Shown here one piece after another: positions 47,002-56,240 of a DNA stretch of 64,000 nt. Source of the DNA: Escherichia coli (lineage in GTDB: Bacteria; Pseudomonadota; Gammaproteobacteria; Enterobacterales; Enterobacteriaceae); assembly GCF_003334305.1 (NCBI RefSeq), contig NZ_QOWS01000004.1. One strand, given 5' to 3'. The position numbers were made by a program, and so were the translations under genes. Under the pieces are notes generated by a model. That model worked only from the letters and a program-made list of their open reading frames with translations. It was not told the DNA's origin and ran no database searches. Numbering within the stretch: the first letter of the stretch is position 1; the number at the start of each line of letters is the position of its first letter.

Positions 47002-48273
47002 ATGGAAGACGACTGCGACATTATTATTATTGGTGCCGGTATTGCAGGCACCGCTTGCGCGTTACGCTGCGCACGAGCGGGTTTATCCGTTTTGTTACTG
47101 GAACGCGCTGAAATCCCCGGCAGCAAAAATCTTTCCGGCGGGCGGTTATATACCCATGCACTCGCGGAACTCCTCCCGCAATTTCATCTGACCGCGCCTC
47201 TTGAACGACGCATCACTCACGAAAGCCTTTCCCTGTTAACGCCCGATGGCGTAACGACGTTTTCCAGCTTACAGCCCGGCGGTGAATCCTGGAGTGTATT
47301 ACGTGCACGGTTCGATCCGTGGCTGGTTGCCGAAGCCGAAAAAGAAGGTGTCGAATGCATCCCCGGAGCGACGGTGGATGCACTGTATGAAGAAAACGGC
47401 AGGGTGTGTGGTGTCATTTGTGGTGACGATATTCTCCGCGCCCGTTATGTGGTGCTGGCAGAAGGTGCCAACAGCGTCCTGGCTGAACGTCACGGATTAG
47501 TGACTCGTCCTGCTGGCGAAGCGATGGCGTTGGGGATCAAAGAAGTGCTGTCGCTGGAAACATCCGCTATTGAAGAACGTTTTCATCTGGAGAATAACGA
47601 AGGCGCAGCGTTGCTGTTCAGCGGCAGGATCTGTGATGACTTACCCGGCGGCGCATTTCTTTATACTAATCAACAAACGCTCTCGTTAGGGATTGTTTGC
47701 CCGCTCTCTTCCCTTACGCAAAGTCGTGTTCCGGCAAGCGAGCTGCTGACTCGCTTTAAAGCGCATCCGGCAGTGCGCCCGCTTATCAAAAACACGGAAT
47801 CACTGGAGTATGGTGCGCATCTGGTGCCAGAAGGTGGCTTGCACAGTATGCCGGTGCAATACGCCGGTAACGGCTGGCTGCTGGTGGGCGATGCGTTGCG
47901 CAGTTGCGTCAATACCGGAATTTCCGTGCGCGGCATGGATATGGCGCTGACTGGCGCGCAGGCGGCGGCACAAACGCTGATAAGCGCCTGCCAGCACCGC
48001 GAGCCGCAAAATCTGTTTGCGCTTTATCATCACAACGTAGAGCGCAGCCTGCTATGGGATGTTCTACAACGTTATCAGCATGTTCCGGCGCTTTTGCAAC
48101 GCCCTGGCTGGTATCGGGCGTGGCCTGCGTTAATGCAGGATATTTCCCGCGATTTATGGGATCAGGGTGATAAACCTGTTCCACCGCTGCGCCAGTTATT
48201 CTGGCGTCATTTACGTCGTCATGGCCTGTGGCATCTGGCGGGCGATGTTATCAGGAGTCTGCGATGTCTGTAG
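47002..48273 (+). CDS. ygcN: FixC-like FAD-dependent oxidoreductase (ETF:quinone oxidoreductase family)
   Basis: Start chosen at MEDDCDIIIIGAGIAGTA (423 aa), giving the FAD-binding GxGxxG motif at the N-terminus. Confidence 0.85.
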   Translation: MEDDCDIIIIGAGIAGTACALRCARAGLSVLLLERAEIPGSKNLSGGRLYTHALAELLPQFHLTAPLERRITHESLSLLTPDGVTTFSSLQPGGESWSVLRARFDPWLVAEAEKEGVECIPGATVDALYEENGRVCGVICGDDILRARYVVLAEGANSVLAERHGLVTRPAGEAMALGIKEVLSLETSAIEERFHLENNEGAALLFSGRICDDLPGGAFLYTNQQTLSLGIVCPLSSLTQSRVPASELLTRFKAHPAVRPLIKNTESLEYGAHLVPEGGLHSMPVQYAGNGWLLVGDALRSCVNTGISVRGMDMALTGAQAAAQTLISACQHREPQNLFALYHHNVERSLLWDVLQRYQHVPALLQRPGWYRAWPALMQDISRDLWDQGDKPVPPLRQLFWRHLRRHGLWHLAGDVIRSLRCL

Positions 48274-48524
48274 CCCATAATCTCTGGCGCGTTGCTGATG
48301 CGCCGCACATTGTTCCGGCTGACTCCGTTGAGCGTCAGATGGTACAACGGTTGATTAACGCCTGTCCGGCAGGTCTTTTTTCGCTCACACCGGAAGGTGA
48401 CTTACGCGTTGATTATCACGGCTGCCTGGAGTGTGGCACCTGCCGTTTGCTGTGCGACGAATCCACACTACAACAGTGGCGCTATCCGCCTTCCGGATTC
48501 GGCATCACCTACCGCTTTGGATAA
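48264..48524 (+). CDS. ygcO: FixX-like ferredoxin
   Basis: Start chosen at MSVAHNLWRV (86 aa); C-terminal CxxCxxC motif. Confidence 0.8.
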   Translation: MSVAHNLWRVADAPHIVPADSVERQMVQRLINACPAGLFSLTPEGDLRVDYHGCLECGTCRLLCDESTLQQWRYPPSGFGITYRFG

Positions 48525-48540
48525 ATAATAAGGATAATTT

Positions 48541-49116
48541 ATGCCCCTCTTACACCTGCTCCGCCAGAATCCGGTGATTGCTGCCGTTAAAGATAATGCC
48601 AGCCTGCAACTGGCAATCGACTCTGAATGCCAGTTTATTTCCGTGTTGTACGGCAATATCTGCACCATCAGTAATATCGTTAAAAAGATTAAGAACGCCG
48701 GGAAATATGCTTTTATTCATGTTGATTTGCTGGAAGGCGCGTCAAATAAAGAAGTCGTGATTCAGTTTTTGAAACTGGTGACCGAGGCGGACGGCATTAT
48801 CAGTACCAAAGCCTCAATGTTGAAAGCGGCAAGAGCGGAAGGTTTTTTCTGTATTCATCGCCTGTTTATTGTTGATTCAATTTCGTTTCACAACATTGAT
48901 AAGCAAGTTGCGCAATCGAATCCGGATTGTATTGAGATCCTGCCAGGCTGTATGCCCAAAGTGCTGGGCTGGGTGACAGAGAAAATCCGCCAACCGCTGA
49001 TTGCCGGTGGGCTGGTGTGCGATGAAGAAGATGCGCGTAATGCGATTAACGCGGGTGTCGTGGCGCTTTCCACCACGAATACCGGGGTCTGGACGTTAGC
49101 GAAAAAATTACTTTGA
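48541..49116 (+). CDS. ygcP: GlpP-like glycerol-3-phosphate-responsive antiterminator family protein
   Basis: 191 aa. Confidence 0.8.
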   Translation: MPLLHLLRQNPVIAAVKDNASLQLAIDSECQFISVLYGNICTISNIVKKIKNAGKYAFIHVDLLEGASNKEVVIQFLKLVTEADGIISTKASMLKAARAEGFFCIHRLFIVDSISFHNIDKQVAQSNPDCIEILPGCMPKVLGWVTEKIRQPLIAGGLVCDEEDARNAINAGVVALSTTNTGVWTLAKKLL

Positions 49117-49151
49117 CGGGATAATCGTAACCAATTGAATTTGGTTTGATT

Positions 49152-49220
49152 TGTAGGCCGCACGCCACATCCGACATTCAGCGCCTGATGCGACGCTTGA
49201 CGCGTCTTATCAGGCCTACA
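49152..49220. repeat. REP/BIME-like cluster between convergent ygcP and ygcQ
   Basis: tgtaggccgcacgccacatccg... followed by gcctgatgcgacgcttgacgcgtcttatcaggcctaca. Confidence 0.7.
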
Positions 49221-49263
49221 AGTCCCCAGGCCAGAACCGTAGGCAGGATCATCCGGCAACACG

Positions 49264-50124
49264 TTATTGGCAATCTGCGTGAATGTTTGTCACCAGTGCC
49301 TCCAGCACCACTTTCCAGTCATCAACCACGCCAACATCTGCCTGTGAAAATACCGCAGCGCTGGCGTCATGATTAATCGCCACCACAAACTTGCTATTGC
49401 GTACGCCCGCCATTAACGCTGCTGCGCCAGAAGCGCCAACAACAATACACACCTCAGGTGCCAGCAGATGTCCGGAAATACCAATCACTTTTTCAGCATC
49501 AACGCCACCGTTCATCACTCGCGCCCGACTGTAGCCCACTTCGGCTCCCAGCTTTTCTGCCAGCATAGCGATTTCCTGGTTATCTGCCTCTCCGCCCTGC
49601 CCCACCACCAGCACCCGTCTGGCCTCAGCTAATGGGTCGCGAGTAACATTTTTCAGATCCTCTGTGCTAACCAGCCAGTCGGGAAGCGCACCCGGGACAA
49701 TGTTCAGTTGTTGCATTCCAGAGGGCAACGTGGCGTTTTTCGCTGCTCCCGCCTGACGCGCCAGGGAAAGGCATAGCGGGCGTTTTTCTGTTTGCAGCGT
49801 CGCCGTTAGCGCATTTCCCCAGTGGGATTTGCGCACGCTTACGGTTGGAATATCTAACGAAGTCACCTGGCAGATGCTTGCACCATGTAAACGCCAGGCC
49901 AGCCGGGTCGACAGTTCATCGCCAAACGTTCCCGGCGGAAAGAGAACAACGTCCGCAGGCGTTCGCTGCCACTGTTCCACCAACGCATCCAGCACCTGTT
50001 CCGCCACTACAGGCTGAGGTTCAATCTGCCAGTGCGCCAGGGTACAACCGCTGAAATCCTGCGCCGCCAGCCAGCTTGCTATTGCGGCATTCTCCTGATT
50101 TATTGTCACAATTGCGATATTCAT
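49264..50124 (-). CDS. ygcQ: Electron transfer flavoprotein alpha subunit (FixB-like)
   Basis: Start chosen at MNIAIVTINQ (286 aa) inside the 297-aa track ORF. Confidence 0.85.
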   Translation of the reverse strand: MNIAIVTINQENAAIASWLAAQDFSGCTLAHWQIEPQPVVAEQVLDALVEQWQRTPADVVLFPPGTFGDELSTRLAWRLHGASICQVTSLDIPTVSVRKSHWGNALTATLQTEKRPLCLSLARQAGAAKNATLPSGMQQLNIVPGALPDWLVSTEDLKNVTRDPLAEARRVLVVGQGGEADNQEIAMLAEKLGAEVGYSRARVMNGGVDAEKVIGISGHLLAPEVCIVVGASGAAALMAGVRNSKFVVAINHDASAAVFSQADVGVVDDWKVVLEALVTNIHADCQ

Positions 50125-50900
50125 GGCTGCATCCTTTGGCGTAAATAGTCCTGCCATAGCTTTTGAGCTTTTTCTGCTACCGTTTGCCCATCAATCAGCG
50201 TCGCTCCGCGTCGTTGCTCTGCTCTTGCCAGTTGCAGACACTGCATCGCTGGCATTTCGGCAGCAACAGTTTTACGGATAATTTCTGCTTTCCCCGCAGC
50301 CATTCGCTGGCGCATTCCCGGTACTGGCAAGGCCACTTCACCGCACTGACGCACGGCAATCACCGCAGGCAAGCGAACCCGGCAACAACGCAAACCATGT
50401 TCAGTACGCTGTTCGAGGGTGATAAACAGCGCGTCGAGAGTGAAACGCTCCACCTGGGTGAAGCAGGGCCAGCCCAGCATTTCCGCCAGCAAAAATGGCG
50501 TTTGCCCATTCTGCCCTTCGCTGCTTTGGCAGCCGGTAATTATCAGATCCAGCGGATTCTGATGCTGCCATTCGGCAATATGGCGAGCGACAAATTCCGG
50601 CGCAAAGCGCAGATCTGCCGCCGTCTCCAGCAATACAGCTTCCTCAAACCCAAGAGCCATGAGATAGCGCAGCCAGTGCAATGCCCGTTCATCCCCCATG
50701 CTCAACGCGGTTAAAGACATCGGCGTACCGTTTTTTCTCTGCGCCAACAGCAGCGCGGCAGCGGCCTGTTCATCAGCACCGAGTAAACTTCGCAGTAGCG
50801 AAATATCCGGTCCGCTTTTACCCTGAGCCGCCGCCTGCCACTCTTTTTCCGCCAGCATTCCGGCATCCGGTTCGGCTTTAAACGCTAACAGAATGTTCAT
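50121..50900 (-). CDS. ygcR: Electron transfer flavoprotein beta subunit (FixA-like)
   Basis: Start chosen at MNILLAFKAEPDAG (259 aa); ATGA overlap with ygcQ. Confidence 0.85.
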   Translation of the reverse strand: MNILLAFKAEPDAGMLAEKEWQAAAQGKSGPDISLLRSLLGADEQAAAALLLAQRKNGTPMSLTALSMGDERALHWLRYLMALGFEEAVLLETAADLRFAPEFVARHIAEWQHQNPLDLIITGCQSSEGQNGQTPFLLAEMLGWPCFTQVERFTLDALFITLEQRTEHGLRCCRVRLPAVIAVRQCGEVALPVPGMRQRMAAGKAEIIRKTVAAEMPAMQCLQLARAEQRRGATLIDGQTVAEKAQKLWQDYLRQRMQP

Positions 50901-52215
50901 TCGCACCTCCTACATTTCCCGCCGCCACCAGCGGGAGGGCTTTAGTTTCTGGTGCCCATAGCCAGGTCACAACAAAACCAACCAACAACACTGTCGCCAG
51001 GAGCAATAAGGTGACTTGCATTCCCCACTGCGCCAGCACCCACGGCAGCAGGCCAGTACTTACCGCCGCGCCAAGTCGACTCATGGCGGTGGCAAAACCG
51101 ACGCCCAGCGAGCGAATGTCAGTAGGAAAACTTTCCGCAGGCAAAATGCCCACCAGATTACTGACTGCCGAAATGGTGGTGCTGAAGAGAACAAAAAGCA
51201 GCAGCGTTAATGAACTGCCGGAAGGCAAACAGGCCATGACTACCAGCGTTGCCGCCAGCAGCAAAAAACTTCCCAGCAAAAATTTGCGATGTGCCAGCAG
51301 GTGCGTCAGAACTAATCCCAGCAGCGCGCCCACAATTAACAACGCATTAAGCATCAGGCTGGCAGTCAGCGCATCTTCCAGACCAATAGTCTGGGCGATA
51401 GTTGGCAGCCAGGTATAAATCACAAACCATGGGATTACGAGGCAGACAAAGAAGACGCTGTTAAACGCCGTTCGCCGCCAGTAACGCGAAGAGAACAAGG
51501 TTTTGATGTGTTTATGGGTCGCCGTTACCACTTCATCGCCCAGTAAAACATGGGGACCAAAATAGCGATGCACGATAGCGTGAGCTTCTGCAAAACGCCC
51601 CTGGCGCAGTAGCCAGCGTGGTGATTCTGGCGTTCCCCAGCGTAATAACGTAATCAACAACGCGGGCAGAGCTGCCGATGCCAGTAGCCAGCGCCAGGCC
51701 TCCGGGTTTTCGGAAATAAAGTGATGTCCGGCAATACTTGCCAGCACATAGCCTACGGTCCACACCACGCTGAATGCGCCCAGCAAAATACCGCGATGGC
51801 GGCGCGGGGAAAATTCAGCCAGCAAGGTGTGACCTACTGAATAATCGCCTCCCAGACCAATGCCAATCAAAATGCGCAGTCCAATAAGATGCTCTGGCGT
51901 GGTGGCAAAAAATTGTAAAAACGAAGCAAGCGTAATCAGCAAAAAGCTGAAGGTGAAGATTTTTTGCCGACCAATATGGTCGGAGATCCACCCAAGAACC
52001 AGGCTGCCAAGGAACAAACCAAGGAGCGCCGAGCCGCCGATCATTCCCGCCATAAACGGCGTCAGTTGCATGGCGGGCGTAAGCTGAATAATGGCGTAAC
52101 CAATGACGCCGAGAACATAACCGTCGGTCAGGTGTGCGCCGAAAGTGAGCGCAGCAATGCGGCAGTGAAAACGGTTAAGCGGTAAATCATCCATTCGCAC
52201 CGGTGAAGTGTTCAT
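50878..52215 (-). CDS. ygcS: MFS transporter (sugar/metabolite:H+ symporter type)
   Basis: Start chosen at MNTSPVRMDDLPLNRF (445 aa); 12-TM-like hydrophobicity. Confidence 0.85.
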   Translation of the reverse strand: MNTSPVRMDDLPLNRFHCRIAALTFGAHLTDGYVLGVIGYAIIQLTPAMQLTPFMAGMIGGSALLGLFLGSLVLGWISDHIGRQKIFTFSFLLITLASFLQFFATTPEHLIGLRILIGIGLGGDYSVGHTLLAEFSPRRHRGILLGAFSVVWTVGYVLASIAGHHFISENPEAWRWLLASAALPALLITLLRWGTPESPRWLLRQGRFAEAHAIVHRYFGPHVLLGDEVVTATHKHIKTLFSSRYWRRTAFNSVFFVCLVIPWFVIYTWLPTIAQTIGLEDALTASLMLNALLIVGALLGLVLTHLLAHRKFLLGSFLLLAATLVVMACLPSGSSLTLLLFVLFSTTISAVSNLVGILPAESFPTDIRSLGVGFATAMSRLGAAVSTGLLPWVLAQWGMQVTLLLLATVLLVGFVVTWLWAPETKALPLVAAGNVGGANEHSVSV

Positions 52216-52308
52216 CTTTACCCCTTCATTGTCCGGTAATAAGAACGGCTTCTCGCCTGAGAAGCCGAAAAGGCAACGCCCCGTCATCGCGGAACGCTGC
52301 CTGACACA

Positions 52309-53763
52309 TTATTTTTCAATCGGATAGATAGTACCCGTATTCATAATGCCATTAGGATCGAACTGCTTTTTCAGCCCTTCCAGCAACGCCCACGCGCTGC
52401 CGTGTTCCAGTTTGCTCCAGTGAACGCGATGTTTACCGATACCGTGGTGGTGCACCATCGAACCGCCGAGGCGAATGGTTTCTTCACAGATGATCTTGTT
52501 GAGCGGATTGTGGTACTTGTCGATTTCCTCTTCCGGCTTACAGTCAACGACGTTGTAATCGTAGACGAAGTACATGTTGGTGCCGTTCTGATAGCTATGA
52601 GAGGAATGACCGCCCAGCATGGTGATGTCGTCGGCGTGCGGGAACTCAGTACGAATACGGTTAATAACGCTTTCGTAGATTTCGTGGATGCAGCTCCAGC
52701 AGCCGGACACTTCAGTGGTAAAGCCCATGTTGCCGGTTTTGAGGATCTGCACACGTTCGGCAGCCACTTTATCCGGTCCCCAGTTCAGGTTGTTAAACCA
52801 GGTTTCGATCAGCTTGCTGTCCACGCGCTGGCATTGCGGGTAGCGGGCAACGATTTCCGCAATCCCTTCGCCCGTCGCCTTCGCAATGCGAGGGTTACCT
52901 TCAGCCATAAAGATCAGCACGCATTTTCCGTCTGCAAAATGGGTGAAGTGTTGGGTGCCATCTTCAGCGTCATACAAACGAGCGATCGACGGACGATACC
53001 CTTCCACCATGACTTCACGCAGGATGTTGAAGCCGGTTTTCATGTCTTCCAGGATATAGCCGTAGAAGAGGTTGTTTTCCGGGGTGAATTTAAAGATTTT
53101 CACTGTTACTTCAGTGATATAGCAAAGTGCACCTTCGTTACCGATGATGATGTGGCGAATGTCCGGGCCAGCCGCGCGGCGTGGCACGTTTTTAATGCGT
53201 GTGACGGTGCCATCAGCCAATACTGCTTCCAGACCAACGACCATATCTTCGATTGCGCCGTAGAGTGTGGAGAACTGCCCGATACTGCGGGTTGCTACCA
53301 GGCCGCCCATCTGAGCCAGCGGCTTTGACTGCGGAGAATGCCCCGTGGTGTAACCTTTTTCACGCAACGCATTTTCCAGCACCTCCAGCGGAACGCCACA
53401 TTGCGCCGTCGCCTGCATATTCTCAATATCAATATTAATGATTTGATTCATGGCGGAGCCGTCGAGCACCACCGAGTTTTCCACAACGGTTTCCAGCCCA
53501 CCTTCAGTGGCGGAAGCGCCGGTACGCGGCACACCGTTAATTTTGTGCGCATTCATAAAATTCAGCACACGGGAGACTTGTTCTGTGGAACCGAGTTTTA
53601 CGACCGCTGCCGGAATCGGCAAAGTATAAATACCATGAATATCCGGAAATTTACGAAAACGGTCAATACTGTTCTTCTTTAATACTGTTTCATCGGTAAT
53701 TACGCGATCTGCACCAACAATTTCCTTTAGCTGGTCGACAATCGCTGCGCGAGATAAAGACAT
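52309..53763 (-). CDS. ygcU: FAD-linked oxidoreductase (GlcD / alkyl-DHAP-synthase-like)
   Basis: 484 aa, intact. Confidence 0.88.
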   Translation of the reverse strand: MSLSRAAIVDQLKEIVGADRVITDETVLKKNSIDRFRKFPDIHGIYTLPIPAAVVKLGSTEQVSRVLNFMNAHKINGVPRTGASATEGGLETVVENSVVLDGSAMNQIINIDIENMQATAQCGVPLEVLENALREKGYTTGHSPQSKPLAQMGGLVATRSIGQFSTLYGAIEDMVVGLEAVLADGTVTRIKNVPRRAAGPDIRHIIIGNEGALCYITEVTVKIFKFTPENNLFYGYILEDMKTGFNILREVMVEGYRPSIARLYDAEDGTQHFTHFADGKCVLIFMAEGNPRIAKATGEGIAEIVARYPQCQRVDSKLIETWFNNLNWGPDKVAAERVQILKTGNMGFTTEVSGCWSCIHEIYESVINRIRTEFPHADDITMLGGHSSHSYQNGTNMYFVYDYNVVDCKPEEEIDKYHNPLNKIICEETIRLGGSMVHHHGIGKHRVHWSKLEHGSAWALLEGLKKQFDPNGIMNTGTIYPIEK

Positions 53764-53832
53764 AGTAATTCCTTCCTGATAATAAAAATGGAATAATCAT
53801 TAATAAGAGAAAACAGAAACCACCGTTATGGA

Positions 53833-54618
53833 TTAGCGCACTAAATAACCACCATCGACCACTAATAAATGCCCATTGACATAATTTGAAGCCGGACTTG
53901 CGAGGAATACAGCTGCGCCCATTAAATCCTGAGTATCGCCCCAACGGTTTGCCGGAATATGATCAAGAACGCGCTGATTGGTTTCTGGATTACTGCGTGT
54001 CGCCAGCGTAATATCTGTTGCATAATAGCCAGGGGCGATACCATTTACCTGAATATTATATTGACCTAGCTCATCACAATAAGCTTTGGTGAACCCGGCA
54101 AGAGCATGTTTAGTGGCAGAATATGCAGGTGACCATTGTCCACCTAAGTAAGAGAACAATGAACAGATATTAATAATTTTGCCGCTTTTCTGCGGGATCA
54201 TAATTTTTGCAGCTTCATAGCTTAACTCGAATGCGGCGGTCAGGTTCACATCAATCATCGGATCCCAGTCGGCACGACCGAAGTCCAGCACCTTATTCAG
54301 CTTACAAATACCGGCATTGTTTACCAGAATATCAACTGTACCGAAACGCTCACAGCAAGCAGCGATAATCTTCTGCGGCGCGCCTTCTGCGGTGATATCC
54401 ACCTGCATGAAGTCCACCTCAACACCCTGTTTTTCAATCATTTCCTTTGTTTCGCCGTTATCTTTGACGAAACTAGGAATAAAGATATTTGCGCCAGCTT
54501 TGGCCAACGCCATGGCAAATGCCTGGCCTAAACCGCTATTCCCACCGGTAACAATTGCGGTTTTACCTTTCAGTGAGAAAAAATCCATTGAGAACGCATT
54601 GAGAGATTCGATTGACAT
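53833..54618 (-). CDS. ygcW: Short-chain dehydrogenase/reductase
   Basis: Start chosen at MSIESLNAFSMDFFSLKGKTAIVTGGNSGLG (261 aa), giving the TGxxxGxG motif near the N-terminus. Confidence 0.85.
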   Translation of the reverse strand: MSIESLNAFSMDFFSLKGKTAIVTGGNSGLGQAFAMALAKAGANIFIPSFVKDNGETKEMIEKQGVEVDFMQVDITAEGAPQKIIAACCERFGTVDILVNNAGICKLNKVLDFGRADWDPMIDVNLTAAFELSYEAAKIMIPQKSGKIINICSLFSYLGGQWSPAYSATKHALAGFTKAYCDELGQYNIQVNGIAPGYYATDITLATRSNPETNQRVLDHIPANRWGDTQDLMGAAVFLASPASNYVNGHLLVVDGGYLVR

Positions 54619-54742
54619 AGTTAGCTCCAATTTCCGTAAGGCAAAAAAAAAGAAAGGTAACTTCCCCCGCGAGAGGGAAGTTACCTTTCTCATTATCTCT
54701 GGTAACTGGAGATAATTTTTAGCATAACGGCATAACTGCTAA

Positions 54743-54758
54743 TGTGATCGTAATCACA
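54743..54758. promoter_or_regulatory. Perfect consensus CRP-binding site in ygcW-yqcE divergent promoter region
   Basis: TGTGAtcgtaaTCACA, both half-sites exact with 6-bp spacer. Confidence 0.6.
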
Positions 54759-54936
54759 GTGTGATATTCGTATTGTCAAATAGTTTTAAAAAGCAGAAGC
54801 GTGATTACTCTCACACAACACCTCTGCTTTCCATGTTATTTCTTATTGCAATTACTAGAGACCTGAGAAAAGTAATCCACCTGAAAGGGCGGCTTACTTT
54901 TCTCTTTTTTTTGTCTATTACAAATGGGAATACGAT

Positions 54937-56214
54937 ATGCAACACAACTCATATCGCCGTTGGATAACCCTCGCGATAATTAGTTTTAGCGGCGGCGTTA
55001 GTTTCGACCTGGCTTATTTACGTTATATTTATCAAATTCCCATGGCGAAATTTATGGGATTCAGCAATACCGAGATAGGTTTAATAATGAGTACCTTTGG
55101 TATTGCGGCTATTATTCTTTATGCCCCCAGCGGCGTTATTGCCGATAAATTTTCACACCGCAAAATGATTACTTCCGCGATGATCATTACCGGATTACTG
55201 GGTCTGTTAATGGCAACGTATCCACCGCTGTGGGTAATGCTCTGTATTCAGGTCGCCTTTGCGATAACGACGATTTTAATGCTGTGGTCGGTGTCGATTA
55301 AAGCCGCCTCGTTGCTGGGCGATCATAGTGAGCAAGGGAAAATTATGGGCTGGATGGAAGGGCTGCGCGGCGTCGGTGTAATGTCGCTGGCGGTGTTTAC
55401 CATGTGGGTCTTTTCTCGCTTTGCACCGGATGACAGCGCCAGCCTGAAAACAGTCATTATCATCTACAGTGTGGTTTACATCTTGTTGGGGATTCTGTGC
55501 TGGTTTTTTGTTAGCGATAACAACAACCTGCGCAGTGCCAATAACGAAGAAAAACAGTCATTCCAGCTTAGCGACATCCTTGCCGTTTTGCGTATCAGCA
55601 CCACCTGGTATTGCAGCATGGTGATTTTTGGTGTCTTCACAATCTACGCCATTCTGAGTTACTCCACCAACTATCTGACCGAAATGTACGGCATGTCGCT
55701 GGTGGCAGCGAGCTACATGGGGATTGTGATCAACAAAATCTTCCGCGCGCTGTGCGGCCCACTTGGCGGCATTATCACCACCTACAGTAAAGTGAAATCC
55801 CCTACCCGCGTGATCCAAATCCTTTCCGTACTCGGCCTGCTGGCGTTAACTGCCCTGCTCGTCACGAACTCTAACCCGCAATCGGTCGCGATGGGGATTG
55901 GCCTGATTTTACTGCTGGGATTCACCTGTTACGCCTCACGCGGGCTGTACTGGGCCTGCCCTGGCGAAGCGAGAACACCGTCTTACATTATGGGCACCAC
56001 GGTAGGTATTTGTTCGGTGATTGGATTCCTGCCGGATGTCTTCGTTTACCCGATTATCGGCCACTGGCAAGACACCCTGCCCGCAGCAGAAGCCTACCGC
56101 AATATGTGGCTGATGGGAATGGCGGCGCTTGCCATGGTGATTGTCTTTACCTTTTTGCTGTTCCAAAAAATTCGTACTGCTGATAGCGCCCCCGCAATGG
56201 CTAGCAGCAAGTAA
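54937..56214 (+). CDS. yqcE: MFS transporter
   Basis: 425 aa, hydrophobic. Confidence 0.88.
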   Translation: MQHNSYRRWITLAIISFSGGVSFDLAYLRYIYQIPMAKFMGFSNTEIGLIMSTFGIAAIILYAPSGVIADKFSHRKMITSAMIITGLLGLLMATYPPLWVMLCIQVAFAITTILMLWSVSIKAASLLGDHSEQGKIMGWMEGLRGVGVMSLAVFTMWVFSRFAPDDSASLKTVIIIYSVVYILLGILCWFFVSDNNNLRSANNEEKQSFQLSDILAVLRISTTWYCSMVIFGVFTIYAILSYSTNYLTEMYGMSLVAASYMGIVINKIFRALCGPLGGIITTYSKVKSPTRVIQILSVLGLLALTALLVTNSNPQSVAMGIGLILLLGFTCYASRGLYWACPGEARTPSYIMGTTVGICSVIGFLPDVFVYPIIGHWQDTLPAAEAYRNMWLMGMAALAMVIVFTFLLFQKIRTADSAPAMASSK

Positions 56215-56240
56215 GCCAGGAAAATTACAGGAGAAAAATC

